Assembly (NCBI RefSeq): GCF_003072485.1
Contig: NZ_CP025989.1
Coordinates: forward strand, 150,001 to 182,000
DNA length: 32,000 nucleotides
Source of the DNA: Candidatus Fokinia solitaria
GTDB lineage: Bacteria; Pseudomonadota; Alphaproteobacteria; Rickettsiales; Midichloriaceae
Direction: 5' to 3'
Made by a program: the position numbers and the translations under genes. Under the pieces are notes generated by a model, which worked only from the letters and a program-made list of their open reading frames with translations, did no database searches and was not told where the DNA came from. This document shows, in pieces, positions 1-9,831 of this stretch; the stretch's first letter is position 1, and each line of letters opens with the position of its first letter.

Positions 1-27
1 GCAATACTAAACGCAGAAGGTAGTTAG
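1..27 (+). CDS. C-terminal tail of an upstream gene cut by the window edge (…AILNAEGS*), possibly nuoH by synteny with nuoI
   Basis: Frame 1 is open from base 1 to TAG at 25-27, 7 nt before the nuoI start; identity is inferred only from typical nuo gene order. Confidence 0.3.
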   Translation, partial: AILNAEGS

Positions 28-34
28 AAAGAAG

Positions 35-493
35 ATGTTCGGAAATTTATTGATGTTCTTGAAGTTTATTCTTCTATATGATGTAGTAAAGGGCATAGCA
101 ATAGGTGTACTTTATTGCTTCAAGCCTAAAGTTACGATTCGATATCCGTTCGAAAGAAATCCAGTCGGCACGAAGATGAGAGGAGAGCACATGTTGCTGT
201 TATATGATAACGGAGAAGAGAGATGCATAGGCTGTAAATTGTGTGAAGCCATATGTCCAGCACAGGCAATTACAATGGCCACGACTCAACTCAGTAATGG
301 CACCAGATGTGCAACGCACTACGATATAGACATGACAAAGTGTATATATTGCGGATTATGCCAAGAAGCATGTCCTGTGTATGCAATAGTGGAAGGGCCA
401 AACTATGATTTCGCTAAGGAAACTCACGTAGAGTTGGTATATACAAAATCTAAGTTGTTAGATAATGGAAAGAGGTGGGAGAGAGTTCTGTAG
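35..493 (+). CDS. nuoI: NADH-quinone oxidoreductase subunit I
   Basis: Two 4Fe-4S motifs ([12 protein letters not shown] and [12 protein letters not shown]) in the NuoI context [22 protein letters not shown]. Confidence 0.96.
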   Translation: MFGNLLMFLKFILLYDVVKGIAIGVLYCFKPKVTIRYPFERNPVGTKMRGEHMLLLYDNGEERCIGCKLCEAICPAQAITMATTQLSNGTRCATHYDIDMTKCIYCGLCQEACPVYAIVEGPNYDFAKETHVELVYTKSKLLDNGKRWERVL

Positions 494-1454
494 AAACAGG
501 ATAATTGCGGTAGTAACTGTGAATTCTTGCGAGTAATTTAGGATAGATGCATTCAAAATAAGCTTTACACGCGATCTGAAATTTGTACCAATCGCTGTTT
601 TGAAATTGAGAGATATCTTGCACAAATATCGTGTCATCAATGATTTCATGGTTGCTTATCTTTTTTATCCATTTCATTTCGTCGAAGTATTGTAGCTTTT
701 TACTATAGGTAAGTTCTATATATTTACGATATTCTTGTATTCTATATTTTATATTTGGTATTTGAAATGTACTACCAAGAAATTGCTGCAGCTGTCTCTT
801 GCTTTGTATATAATTAACTTTAGAGTGTTGTCTGAATTTCATATAATGCTTCAGAAGATATATTGCTGCTTCTATGAAAATAGCGTTATTATCCACGAGA
901 GGGTTCTTTAGCCTCGTATCATACCACACGGTATTTATCGAATCCGGAAGAGTAAATGCATCTAGATGCCCTATTTGAAGGTAAGATCGCGGAGGGTATA
1001 ATGCATTTATCTCATCTATTACTCCTGAAAAATTTTGATGTGCCCATGTATCAGCGTAAGCATGCGATGCTATGCCTATGTAGTAAGGATCTTTAGTCTC
1101 TAATCCTTTTATTAGCATTTTTTTTGCTAAGTTGGCATTCTTGGTAGTGCATAAAAAATTTTTCACTTGATCGCTTCTATTTATCGCTACTATCTGCGGA
1201 TTTCCAGGTACGAAGTGAAATGCAAGATATAATATAAGAGGCAATTGAGAAGGATTCATTATATTATTACTGCAGCTTACATGATTTGTGAAAAGCTTGA
1301 TATTTTTTCCTGCTTTTGCCAAGTAAACATTGTATTGAGTATGATTGTGATCAACATACTGTGCGCTATACGCTATTTTACAAGCATCTTTGAATGTGAA
1401 GCCTGCGGTAATAGCGACAATAAAGTTGACGTAGTAGTGAAATTCAAAATTCAT
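450..1454 (-). CDS. Uncharacterised protein resembling the DUF6765 family, putative metal-binding protein
   Basis: 334-aa ORF; N-terminus [37 protein letters not shown] and His/Asp-rich motif [18 protein letters not shown], reminiscent of zinc-dependent phospholipase C-like HxxxDxxxH patterns. Family assignment from memory. Confidence 0.6.
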   Translation of the reverse strand: MNFEFHYYVNFIVAITAGFTFKDACKIAYSAQYVDHNHTQYNVYLAKAGKNIKLFTNHVSCSNNIMNPSQLPLILYLAFHFVPGNPQIVAINRSDQVKNFLCTTKNANLAKKMLIKGLETKDPYYIGIASHAYADTWAHQNFSGVIDEINALYPPRSYLQIGHLDAFTLPDSINTVWYDTRLKNPLVDNNAIFIEAAIYLLKHYMKFRQHSKVNYIQSKRQLQQFLGSTFQIPNIKYRIQEYRKYIELTYSKKLQYFDEMKWIKKISNHEIIDDTIFVQDISQFQNSDWYKFQIACKAYFECIYPKLLARIHSYYRNYPVSTELSPTSFHYLTT

Positions 1455-1523
1455 TTTCGATTTTAGCGTTTCCAGCTGTATGCATACATGCGTATTGTAA
1501 TCTGCGGAAGATGATCGACGATT

Positions 1524-2129
1524 TTATCGCTTCATCGCGATGTGTAGAAGTTGCGCCACGCTTATGCATATCAGTTTATGTTCTGATGCAAACTGAAACA
1601 CATCATTTCCTGCTAGTGGAAAGCCTTTTGCGTCCAGTACTTCACATCCTGCGCCTGCTTCATGCATATTTGCTAGCTGCATCAGAAAAACAATAGACTC
1701 TGTATGTCCTTTTCTCGTCTTTAGTCCTCCATCTCTAGCGATAATTGGAAAAATGTGTCCCGGAGTTTTAAATGAATGCGCGATAGATGTAGGATCTGCT
1801 AGTGCGTTGATAGTTTTAGCTCTTTCCATCGTAGAAATACCAGTAGTAGAGTCTATATGATCCACTGACATCGTAAAAGCAGTAAAATCATTGCTTCCTC
1901 TTACATCTTGTAACTTCAAGGAAAGTTTTGTTGCTATAGAGGCTGAAATTGCTACATATACAAGACCTCTACAATGAGTTACCATAAAATTGACGATTTC
2001 TGCTGTCGCCGCTTGTGCAGCTACTACAACATCGCATTCATTCTCTTTTTCAGCATCGTATAAGAGAATTGGTAGTCCATTTTGAAGTGCTTCTACAGCT
2101 TCCTTCACTTCATGATAGTCATGCTTCAT
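1524..2129 (-). CDS. ribB: 3,4-dihydroxy-2-butanone 4-phosphate synthase, standalone without a GTP cyclohydrolase II domain
   Basis: Motifs ENECD (canonical ENEGD), STTGISTMERAKTI, FKTPGHIFPIIARDGG, RKGHTES. Confidence 0.88.
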   Translation of the reverse strand: MKHDYHEVKEAVEALQNGLPILLYDAEKENECDVVVAAQAATAEIVNFMVTHCRGLVYVAISASIATKLSLKLQDVRGSNDFTAFTMSVDHIDSTTGISTMERAKTINALADPTSIAHSFKTPGHIFPIIARDGGLKTRKGHTESIVFLMQLANMHEAGAGCEVLDAKGFPLAGNDVFQFASEHKLICISVAQLLHIAMKR

Positions 2130-2297
2130 TGTCGTACTACGTAGAATAATCTGTCGGTAGAGTGGTACATGCTATAATGAAAGTCAATCTAAACTTGAAA
2201 TGAATTAAAGTCCTATTTGCATAGGCCTCTCTTTTGCATCTGTTGATTTAGATTTATCGTATATTTTTACTTTTGAAGTGCTACAAAATTGACTAGA

Positions 2298-4130
2298 TCA
2301 TTGACATACATCACATTCATCATTGGTTGTATTTTTACGTGTTCCGATATTCATCTCGAGTTGCGTCATGCTGCTATTTTGCTCTGCATGAGAGATCTTC
2401 ACATTTTGAAGTGACCGAGATCTCAAATAGTAGAGAGATTTAATACCTAATTCCCATGCTCTTTTATGAAGGTTATGAAGGTAAGTTTTATCTACATCAG
2501 GTGGTAAGAAGAGATTTAAAGACTGCGCTTGACATATATATTGCTGTCTTTCTGCCGCTTGTTCTATCAAGCACATTTGATCTATTTCAAATGCAGTTTT
2601 GAAAATCTCTTTTTCTTCTTGTGATAGAAACGACAAATGCGCTACTGATCCATTATTTGCCATAATGGAAGTCCATACTTCCGGAAGATTCTGATCTTTT
2701 TCCTGTAATAATTTCGTAAGATTCTTATTCTGCACGTAGTGCGTACCGGATAATGTTTTATGCGCTATACAATTGGCTTGCCATGGCTCTATGCATGGTG
2801 ACGTATTACCGTTGAGGATAGAGATAGAAGCGGTAGGAGCTATGCCAGTGACGTGTACAAATCTTTTCATTACGCCAGCTTTTTGCGCATCAGGACAAGC
2901 GCCTCTCTGTTTAGCAATTTCCGTCGAAGCAATATCAGCTTTCTTTTTTATGTGAGAAAAGATTTCTTGATTGTATTTTTTAGCGAGTTCTGAGTTAAAA
3001 GGAATCCCCTTTTGTTGAAGAAAATCATGCCATCCCATTACTCCAAGGCTGAGACTGCGTTCTTGAGTAGCGGCATAGACAGCGTTTTTATGCCACTGAG
3101 AACCTTTGGCTGAGCCTATAAAATCCTCTACTACATTGTCGAGGAATAGTAATATGTCGTATATGAATCTGTCGTTGTCTTTCCATTTTTCATAATCTGC
3201 TAAATTCACAGAAGATAAGATACATACTGCAGTTCTTATTCTTTCATTGTAATCTTCACCTGTTGCAAGAACTATTTCGGTACATAAGTTTGAAAGCTTC
3301 ACTTCTAGTTGTAACTTCTTATAAATGTCAGGACGTTGCTTATTTACGTTATCTATGAAAATGATATACGGTACTCCTGTTTCTAGTCTACTTATAAGCA
3401 ATTGTATCCATATTTCGCGCGCTTTGACAGTTCGGATAATTTCTCCAGTGGCAGGGCTTCTAAGATGCCAGTCATCTCCGTTAATCATCGCTTTCATAAA
3501 AGCATCTGTTAACAGTACACCGTGGTAGAGATTGATAAATTTTCTGTGCAAATCTCCACTTCCTACTAATTTCTTCGCATCGATAAATTCTCTAATTTCC
3601 GGATGTGAATCTTGTAGATATGCTGCTGCGCTTCCTCTTCTAAGACTTCCTTGTGATACAGCAAGCACCGCTGAATCTGACATCTTTAAAAATGGCATTA
3701 TACCAGAAGTACGGCCTTTCCCGCTAATTCTTTCACCTATAGAACGGACATTACCCCAGTAAGTACCTATTCCTCCTCCTGCTGCTGAAAGCTTACCGTT
3801 CTCATGTATTGTATCGAGTATTCCATCTAAGCTATCCGGGACTTCATTTAGAAAGCATGAAACAGGATATCCTCTTGTAGTACCGCCGCTGGATAGTACG
3901 GGTGTAGGTGGAGAGAAATATCCTAAACTCATGTAATCGTATAATCTTTGCGCATGTTCGCTATCGGATGCGTAGTATGATGCGACTCTTGAATATAAAT
4001 CCTGTGGCGTTTCATTACCTATTAAATACCTATCTTTCATCACTGTACGGGAGAATTCTTGTAACCTCTCGTTACGTCGTAAGTCTATGCTGACATGAAA
4101 CTTGCGTTGCTTGAAAATGATATCGCTCAT
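2298..4130 (-). CDS. nrdA: Ribonucleoside-diphosphate reductase alpha subunit
   Basis: FSPPTPVLSSGGTTRGYPVSCFL, SAAGGGIGTYWGNVRS, NLCTEIVL, IAPTASISILNGNTSPCIEP and terminal CDVC. Confidence 0.96.
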   Translation of the reverse strand: MSDIIFKQRKFHVSIDLRRNERLQEFSRTVMKDRYLIGNETPQDLYSRVASYYASDSEHAQRLYDYMSLGYFSPPTPVLSSGGTTRGYPVSCFLNEVPDSLDGILDTIHENGKLSAAGGGIGTYWGNVRSIGERISGKGRTSGIMPFLKMSDSAVLAVSQGSLRRGSAAAYLQDSHPEIREFIDAKKLVGSGDLHRKFINLYHGVLLTDAFMKAMINGDDWHLRSPATGEIIRTVKAREIWIQLLISRLETGVPYIIFIDNVNKQRPDIYKKLQLEVKLSNLCTEIVLATGEDYNERIRTAVCILSSVNLADYEKWKDNDRFIYDILLFLDNVVEDFIGSAKGSQWHKNAVYAATQERSLSLGVMGWHDFLQQKGIPFNSELAKKYNQEIFSHIKKKADIASTEIAKQRGACPDAQKAGVMKRFVHVTGIAPTASISILNGNTSPCIEPWQANCIAHKTLSGTHYVQNKNLTKLLQEKDQNLPEVWTSIMANNGSVAHLSFLSQEEKEIFKTAFEIDQMCLIEQAAERQQYICQAQSLNLFLPPDVDKTYLHNLHKRAWELGIKSLYYLRSRSLQNVKISHAEQNSSMTQLEMNIGTRKNTTNDECDVCQ

Positions 4131-4319
4131 GTGAAAGTTTCTCGGTAAATGTGTTGGAAGTATAGAGATGCGTCACAAAAAAAATACAAATAAAAACATA
4201 AATTTCAATGCGAAAAGATGCACTATAAAAAACACACAAATAAACACATACATTTATCATTGCTCGTGAGAGGCGTAATATCAGTTCTTAGTAGAGAAGT
4301 GTGATTTGAAGGAAGTTTA

Positions 4320-4396
<77 letters not shown>

Positions 4397-4481
4397 TAGC
4401 TGCACATCAAGAAGGATCATGCAGCGTAATACCTTGATTGTTACCTTATACTAATATAGATGTCAAGAAAGTGTGCGGAAG

Positions 4482-5690
4482 CTAAAATTTTTGATTTATG
4501 TCTTTTTCTGCCATAGGCTCTAATCCAAGCATTGCTCTTTTCTCATTAATAGTAATAAAGGTAGCTTTTTCTAATCTTTCCCATGTTGAATGCACTCTAT
4601 CTGCCATTGCACTTAAGAGAGTTGCATCATGCTTGAGTTGAAAGTTAGTAGTTTTCTTAATTAACCATTTGTTGAGGTGATGTACAGTATGCTGTACCAG
4701 CGGTATTACCGTTTGCTCGAGGAAAGAGATTCTAGCTTGTTCGAAATTATTATATTTATTTTCGCCCGGAAGTCCGAGTAACTGAGGAGGTACACCTAAT
4801 CCTATTGCAATTTCCCTTGCACTGCACATTTTAGATTCAAGAAAATCCATGTCTTGAGGAGAAAATCCAAGACTCTTTAATTCTAGTCCTCCTTCTAGTA
4901 GCAGCAATCTGCCAGCATTATCAGGACTTGTAAATGCATTTCGAATAGATTCTTGCAGTCTTTCAAATTCTTCTTGATTAACGTAATTTTGCAGTGTGAG
5001 TACAGCACTAGGGCGCGCACCATTTTGCAGTAGCGATTGATTCCAAATACTTGCTTGATTATGTTGATCGACACTGATAGCAATGGATTCAATAGATGAG
5101 AGTCCATACCAGTTAGATAATGGATTAAAGTTTTTGATATGTAGGATGTTAGACGTACCATCTTCTGCAACTGCATAGTCGCAGTATGAATTACCGATTG
5201 TGTGTCTGTACCCTGCACGTTTACCATCTTTTCCAGCTAAAACGTTAATCGCACTTGGACAAAGAAGTTCTAATGTCTGAAAATTCATGTTCTGATCATC
5301 GCTTTGTTTTCCAAGAACGAATGCATTTCCGCTAATAAGGCGGTAAGTATACAACGATTCTAGAAAATCTGTGCCGCTTTGTTCTGAGTTAGGATTTCTA
5401 AGTAATTCGAGAATTGGATGATTATGCAATAATATATCACCTTTATTTGATGCTTGATAAAGTTTTATTGGTATACTCGCTGCCGTATTTGCAATCATCT
5501 TGATTGCTCTATGTACTATTACGTTTTCTGTATATGCTTTTGCGAATTCTTCATATCGTCTGTTACTCCATACAGGCTTACCAAGCTGATATATATAAGA
5601 GGAGCCAGAAGGTTTAACATCGGATTTCATGTGTAACATTTTTGATATTCTTGACAGCATCGTATTTGTAGTTAAATTATTCTTGGACAC
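4482..5690 (-). CDS. HK97-family phage portal protein, possibly a gene-transfer-agent remnant
   Basis: 402 aa; HPILELLRNPNSEQSGTDFLESLYTYRLISGNAFV, LQESIRNAFTSPDNAGRLLLLEGGLELKSLGFSPQDMDFLESK, GVPPQLLGLPGENKYNNFEQARISFLEQTVIPLVQ. Confidence 0.92.
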   Translation of the reverse strand: MSKNNLTTNTMLSRISKMLHMKSDVKPSGSSYIYQLGKPVWSNRRYEEFAKAYTENVIVHRAIKMIANTAASIPIKLYQASNKGDILLHNHPILELLRNPNSEQSGTDFLESLYTYRLISGNAFVLGKQSDDQNMNFQTLELLCPSAINVLAGKDGKRAGYRHTIGNSYCDYAVAEDGTSNILHIKNFNPLSNWYGLSSIESIAISVDQHNQASIWNQSLLQNGARPSAVLTLQNYVNQEEFERLQESIRNAFTSPDNAGRLLLLEGGLELKSLGFSPQDMDFLESKMCSAREIAIGLGVPPQLLGLPGENKYNNFEQARISFLEQTVIPLVQHTVHHLNKWLIKKTTNFQLKHDATLLSAMADRVHSTWERLEKATFITINEKRAMLGLEPMAEKDINQKF

Positions 5691-5762
5691 TCAGACTATG
5701 CTACAGGTGTGTAATGCGTGGTAGTAGCTTAGTTATGAAATATTATTTTTATTCGCAAAAAC

Positions 5763-6224
5763 ATGGAAAATAGCGATAAAGCAACCTCTTCCTTAGAGGG
5801 ACAACAGGTACCAGTGTTGGAAGTGCAATTTCAATTCTTAAAGGATTTATCATTTGAGAGTAATGGACACTACATTTCTTCTGAATCACCTATACAGCAG
5901 GATATTAGAGTATCATTTGATGTAAATGTAGTCGTGTTTGACGTTCGCAATACATATGACGTGGTGCTGAACTGTAAAGTAGAATCAATGTTCAAGGAGC
6001 AGTTAGTTTTCGTCGTGGAGTTGCAGTATTGCGCGAGAATTACGATAGCAGAGCACGTATCTGAGCAGGATAGAGAAATTATGTTATTCGTTACAACTCC
6101 TACTTTGTTATTTCCGTATGTGAGAAACATCGTTTCTGATGTTGCATGTCTTGGCTCTTATCCAGTGCTATTGTTAGCGCCGTTTGATTTCGCAGCATTA
6201 TATGCGCGAAAAAAGTCAGAATGA
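5763..6224 (+). CDS. secB: Protein-export chaperone SecB
   Basis: QFQFLKDLSFES, Y(C)AR(I), PTLLFPYVRNIVSDVACLGSYPVLLLAPFDFAALY. Confidence 0.93.
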   Translation: MENSDKATSSLEGQQVPVLEVQFQFLKDLSFESNGHYISSESPIQQDIRVSFDVNVVVFDVRNTYDVVLNCKVESMFKEQLVFVVELQYCARITIAEHVSEQDREIMLFVTTPTLLFPYVRNIVSDVACLGSYPVLLLAPFDFAALYARKKSE

Positions 6225-6234
6225 TGGCGCTATT

Positions 6235-6951
6235 ATGAATTTTGTCAGAACTTGCGTATTTTACTTTACACTATCCGTATGGACGTTTTTTATTACGGTG
6301 ATTTTCTCTCCAGTCTTCATTTCTACCGTTATTAGAAGAATAGTAAAACGGAAGATCGCTGTTATATGGGCGTTTGGAGTGATGATTCTTTTAAGGATAA
6401 TTTGCGGGGTAAGGTATCGTGTATTATGCGATAATGCTTCCGTAATCAGCGAAAAAAGAGTGCTTATTGCTTCAAAGCACGAATCGCCATGGGAGACGAT
6501 ATTTTTTTTCACTTTGTTCAAAGGACTATCATTTGTTGTAAAAGAGGAGTTACTTAAGATTCCATTCTATGGATGGTACTTAAAAGTGCTAGATATGGTG
6601 CCAATAAAGAGAAATGCAGGCATGGAAGCATTGCGAAAGATAGTAAAAAGTGCAGAAGGAAATTTAAAAGAAAGTGGAAGTTTTCTAATCTTTCCGGAAG
6701 GTACAAGAGTATCTCATGGCGTTGTTGCCGAGTGTAAACACGGTATATATGCGGTATATAAAAACATCACAGAAAAATTTGGAGACGTTCCATTGATACC
6801 AGTAGCTTTAGATTCAGGTAAGTTGTGGAAAAAAGAACGATTTAGTATCGAATCTGGTCTTATTACTGTGAGAGTGCATGATAAATTACCACAAAATCTA
6901 TCAAAAGAAGAATTTATGAAGACTTTACAAAGTAAAATAAATTCAATTTAA
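6235..6951 (+). CDS. plsC: 1-acyl-sn-glycerol-3-phosphate acyltransferase; likely start is the Met at 6235 of the ORF drawn from 6184
   Basis: ASKHESPWETIFFF, PIKRNAGMEALRKIV, FPEGTR, VPLIPVALDSGKLW; the ATG at 6235 lies 11 nt after the secB stop. Confidence 0.88.
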   Translation: MNFVRTCVFYFTLSVWTFFITVIFSPVFISTVIRRIVKRKIAVIWAFGVMILLRIICGVRYRVLCDNASVISEKRVLIASKHESPWETIFFFTLFKGLSFVVKEELLKIPFYGWYLKVLDMVPIKRNAGMEALRKIVKSAEGNLKESGSFLIFPEGTRVSHGVVAECKHGIYAVYKNITEKFGDVPLIPVALDSGKLWKKERFSIESGLITVRVHDKLPQNLSKEEFMKTLQSKINSI

Positions 6952-7000
6952 TGTTCGATTTTCAGTAGATATATCATGCACTTCATATTGTTACTTCATG

Positions 7001-7378
7001 TTACTTACCTGATTTCGAATAAAGTGCAATCGCATTTCCCTCGCTATCTGTAATTATTGCTCTGAAGCCATAATCTCCGATACTTTCTATAGGTTTTAGA
7101 AGAGTGGAATCACTCTTTAACGCAGCTGCTACTGCTTCATTGAGAAAACCTTCAACATTTAAATATATTAATGCTCCATTCTTTGAAGGTTTTCTATCTT
7201 CCATTACAGCTAAACATCCAGAAACGTTGTCATTCACGTGAGGTAATAAGCCAAATTCTAAACCGTGTTCTGAAATTTTCTGAACTTTCTGATTTAAAAC
7301 TGCACTATAGAATGCAATTGCACGTTCGAGATTTTCGACTGGTATATCAATCCAGCATATAGTATGTTTTTCAGTCAT
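7001..7378 (-). CDS. VOC (glyoxalase/bleomycin-resistance) family protein
   Basis: ICWIDIPVENLERAIAFYSAVLNQKVQ … GDYGFRAIITDSEGNAIALYSKSG. Confidence 0.87.
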   Translation of the reverse strand: MTEKHTICWIDIPVENLERAIAFYSAVLNQKVQKISEHGLEFGLLPHVNDNVSGCLAVMEDRKPSKNGALIYLNVEGFLNEAVAAALKSDSTLLKPIESIGDYGFRAIITDSEGNAIALYSKSGK

Positions 7379-7541
7379 ATATTGTAAAAAATGATATCAG
7401 TACAGTATTCTTTCCTTGTGTCAATGACAGAAACTCCTTTGCGGATACTTTATTTTGTATGCTACTATCTGTTAATACTGTCGTATTGTTTATGCACTGA
7501 AATCGGTATGACATTAGCAATTTTTTGATATAAAATTCATC

Positions 7542-8621
7542 ATGAGTATAAAGCGTATTACTTTGAAAGGGACGAAATACGAAATGGGATTTCAGTATGG
7601 CGCAGTATTGCAAGCTGAATTAAAAACCTCTCTTGGTATTATCAAAGAGTTTTTTATCGGTAAGCACCATTTCTCTAACGATGCGCTGTTAAACAAAACA
7701 AATGCATTTTATGAGAGATATCCGAGTTCGTTTCAAGATTTCATAAAAGGTGTTGCTAATGGTGCAGATCTCACTTTAGGCGATGCGAAGATATTGAATG
7801 GTATGGAAACTCTCAATTCTCTGATAGCTAACAGAAGCGAAATAAGCGCTTGTGCTTTTGTGGCAATACCTCCATTTAAAACTGGAGACTCTGTAATTAT
7901 AGGAAGAAATTATGATTTTCCTGCACCTTTTTCAAAGCTAGCGAAGTATTTACTTATCACAATCTTGCTAGAAGAGAATGCAATACCAACTGCCTTTATA
8001 GGAATGCCAGGTCAGATATACTGCTCTACTTGTATTAATCAAAATTCACTATTTGTAGAGTTTAATAATGCGACTCCATCTGGTGGAAAAGCTGTAAATC
8101 AAGAGAGAGAATCTTTACTTATAAGTCTGTTAAGCACGCTTCAGAGTAGCAGAAACTTGCTAGAATTGGATAGTAAGCTTCAGCAATTAGAATCTGACTA
8201 CTCTCTTGTTGTAAATGTGGCTGATAAAAAGTATGTCAGAGCGTATGAATATTCTTCATATTATGGAATGAAATCTTTTACTCCGGAGGAAAATAGTGTG
8301 TACGCCTCAACTAATTTCTATCTAAATAAGACATGGAATAGATCTGTCATTTCAGATGAAAATACTTGGTATGGTGTAACTAGAATGAATAATTTGTTGA
8401 ATCTTGCAAAAACTGCCGTTTCTGTATCTGATGTAATGAATATGCTGGATAGAAAATTATCCGATGGAGGTGCTACATGGAATTTGACTATATATCAGAT
8501 AATTTATGATGCTGGTGCATATAATCTACATATTAAAAGAACGCTAGAAGATGAAGAATGGGAATGTATCGATATGCATGAGTTGTTCGCTGATGTACCG
8601 CTTCATACTCAAGAATTATAA
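7542..8621 (+). CDS. C45/acyl-CoA:6-APA acyltransferase-like Ntn hydrolase
   Basis: YEMGFQYGAVL near the N-terminus, candidate nucleophile Cys in EISACAFVAIPP followed by GDSVIIGRNYDFP, and NSLFVEFNNATPSGG. Confidence 0.78.
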   Translation: MSIKRITLKGTKYEMGFQYGAVLQAELKTSLGIIKEFFIGKHHFSNDALLNKTNAFYERYPSSFQDFIKGVANGADLTLGDAKILNGMETLNSLIANRSEISACAFVAIPPFKTGDSVIIGRNYDFPAPFSKLAKYLLITILLEENAIPTAFIGMPGQIYCSTCINQNSLFVEFNNATPSGGKAVNQERESLLISLLSTLQSSRNLLELDSKLQQLESDYSLVVNVADKKYVRAYEYSSYYGMKSFTPEENSVYASTNFYLNKTWNRSVISDENTWYGVTRMNNLLNLAKTAVSVSDVMNMLDRKLSDGGATWNLTIYQIIYDAGAYNLHIKRTLEDEEWECIDMHELFADVPLHTQEL

Positions 8622-8634
8622 TTTGAAATTTATT

Positions 8635-9831
8635 ATGAGTATTAGAGTAATATTAGGCATTACGGGAAGTATTGCGGCTTATAAAGCTATAGATCTTGCT
8701 AAAATACTATGTCGTAGTTCTTGTGATGTACGAATAGTGCTATCGAAAACAGCGCATAATTTTGTTTCGATTTTAACGTTAAAATCTCTCTTTCCGAAAA
8801 AAGTATACGAGTATAGTGATACTATCGAGAATGGCGAGATGTTACACATATCACTTGCTAAAACATCCGATGTTGTGCTGATAGCGCCGGCTTCTGCGAA
8901 TACTATTTCCAAATTAGCAAATGGTGTCGCAGATTGCTTGCTTTCTACTTTATGTTTAGCTTCACGAAGCGCGATTGTGTGTGTACCCGCGATGAATGAA
9001 GGAATGTGGAAAAATGCCTTTGTGCAGAGAAATGTAGAGATATTGCAAAAAAATGGAGTTCACATATTAGGACCAGTCGATGGAGAGCAAGCATGCGGTA
9101 GCACAGGGATCGGTCGTATGGCTGACATTTCAGACATAGCGAGTTATATCATTCAATTACAGACTCCAAAGCTACTATTAAGTAAAAAAGTTGTTATAAC
9201 GGCAGGGCCTACAAGAGAAAAAATCGATCCAGTGCGCTTCTTGAGTAACTACAGTTCTGGTAAAATGGGGTATGCAATTGCAGAGGTAGCGCGAAATATG
9301 GGCGCAGATGTTACGTTAATTAGCGGCGTTACTTCATTAAATACACCACTTGGTATCAATTTTATTTCTGTAGATAGTGCTTCCGATATGTTAAATGCTG
9401 TAGATAAGGAAGTGCATAAAGCAGATATATACATTGGAGTTGCCGCAGTATCGGATTACAAGCCTGAATCATATTCAGCGCAAAAAATAAAGAAACAGGA
9501 TAATACGGATGTGATGAAGCTAAATTTGGAAAAAAACGTCGATATTATAAGATATATCAAAGAGAAATATCCAAAAATCTTCTGTGTAGGATTTGCAGCG
9601 GAAACGAATGATTTTGAAAAGTATGGTCTACAAAAGATAAAAAGCAAACATTTGGACGTTGTTGCTATTAATGATGTGTCGGATAATAAAGTCTTCAACA
9701 GTGATTGCAATGAGATACTATTACTCACGAAGAACGGACAGTCCTTTCACATACCGCATGCTACAAAAGATATTGTAGCTGCTGCATTATTGAAATATAT
9801 TAGTGCGCTTTCTGAGTTTTCTGCTCCGTAA
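8635..9831 (+). CDS. coaBC: Bifunctional phosphopantothenoylcysteine decarboxylase / phosphopantothenate-cysteine ligase; the ORF is drawn from 8551
   Basis: MSIRVILGITGSIAAYKAIDLAKIL, APASANTISKLANGVADCLL, VPAMNEGMW, VVITAGPTREKIDPVRFLSNYSSGKMGYAIAE. Confidence 0.95.
   Translation: MSIRVILGITGSIAAYKAIDLAKILCRSSCDVRIVLSKTAHNFVSILTLKSLFPKKVYEYSDTIENGEMLHISLAKTSDVVLIAPASANTISKLANGVADCLLSTLCLASRSAIVCVPAMNEGMWKNAFVQRNVEILQKNGVHILGPVDGEQACGSTGIGRMADISDIASYIIQLQTPKLLLSKKVVITAGPTREKIDPVRFLSNYSSGKMGYAIAEVARNMGADVTLISGVTSLNTPLGINFISVDSASDMLNAVDKEVHKADIYIGVAAVSDYKPESYSAQKIKKQDNTDVMKLNLEKNVDIIRYIKEKYPKIFCVGFAAETNDFEKYGLQKIKSKHLDVVAINDVSDNKVFNSDCNEILLLTKNGQSFHIPHATKDIVAAALLKYISALSEFSAP

Noticed and set aside
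4482-5690. Portal gene as evidence for a resident prophage or phage satellite
   Set aside because: No integrase, terminase, capsid, tail or lysis genes in the window; flanks are tRNA-Pro/nrdA and secB, so only an isolated gene is supported.
6474-6510. PlsC motif HX4E (HESPWET) instead of HX4D
   Set aside because: HX4E-type PlsC sequences (e.g. KHQSAWET-like) are, to my knowledge, common in proteobacteria, so this is not a notable deviation.
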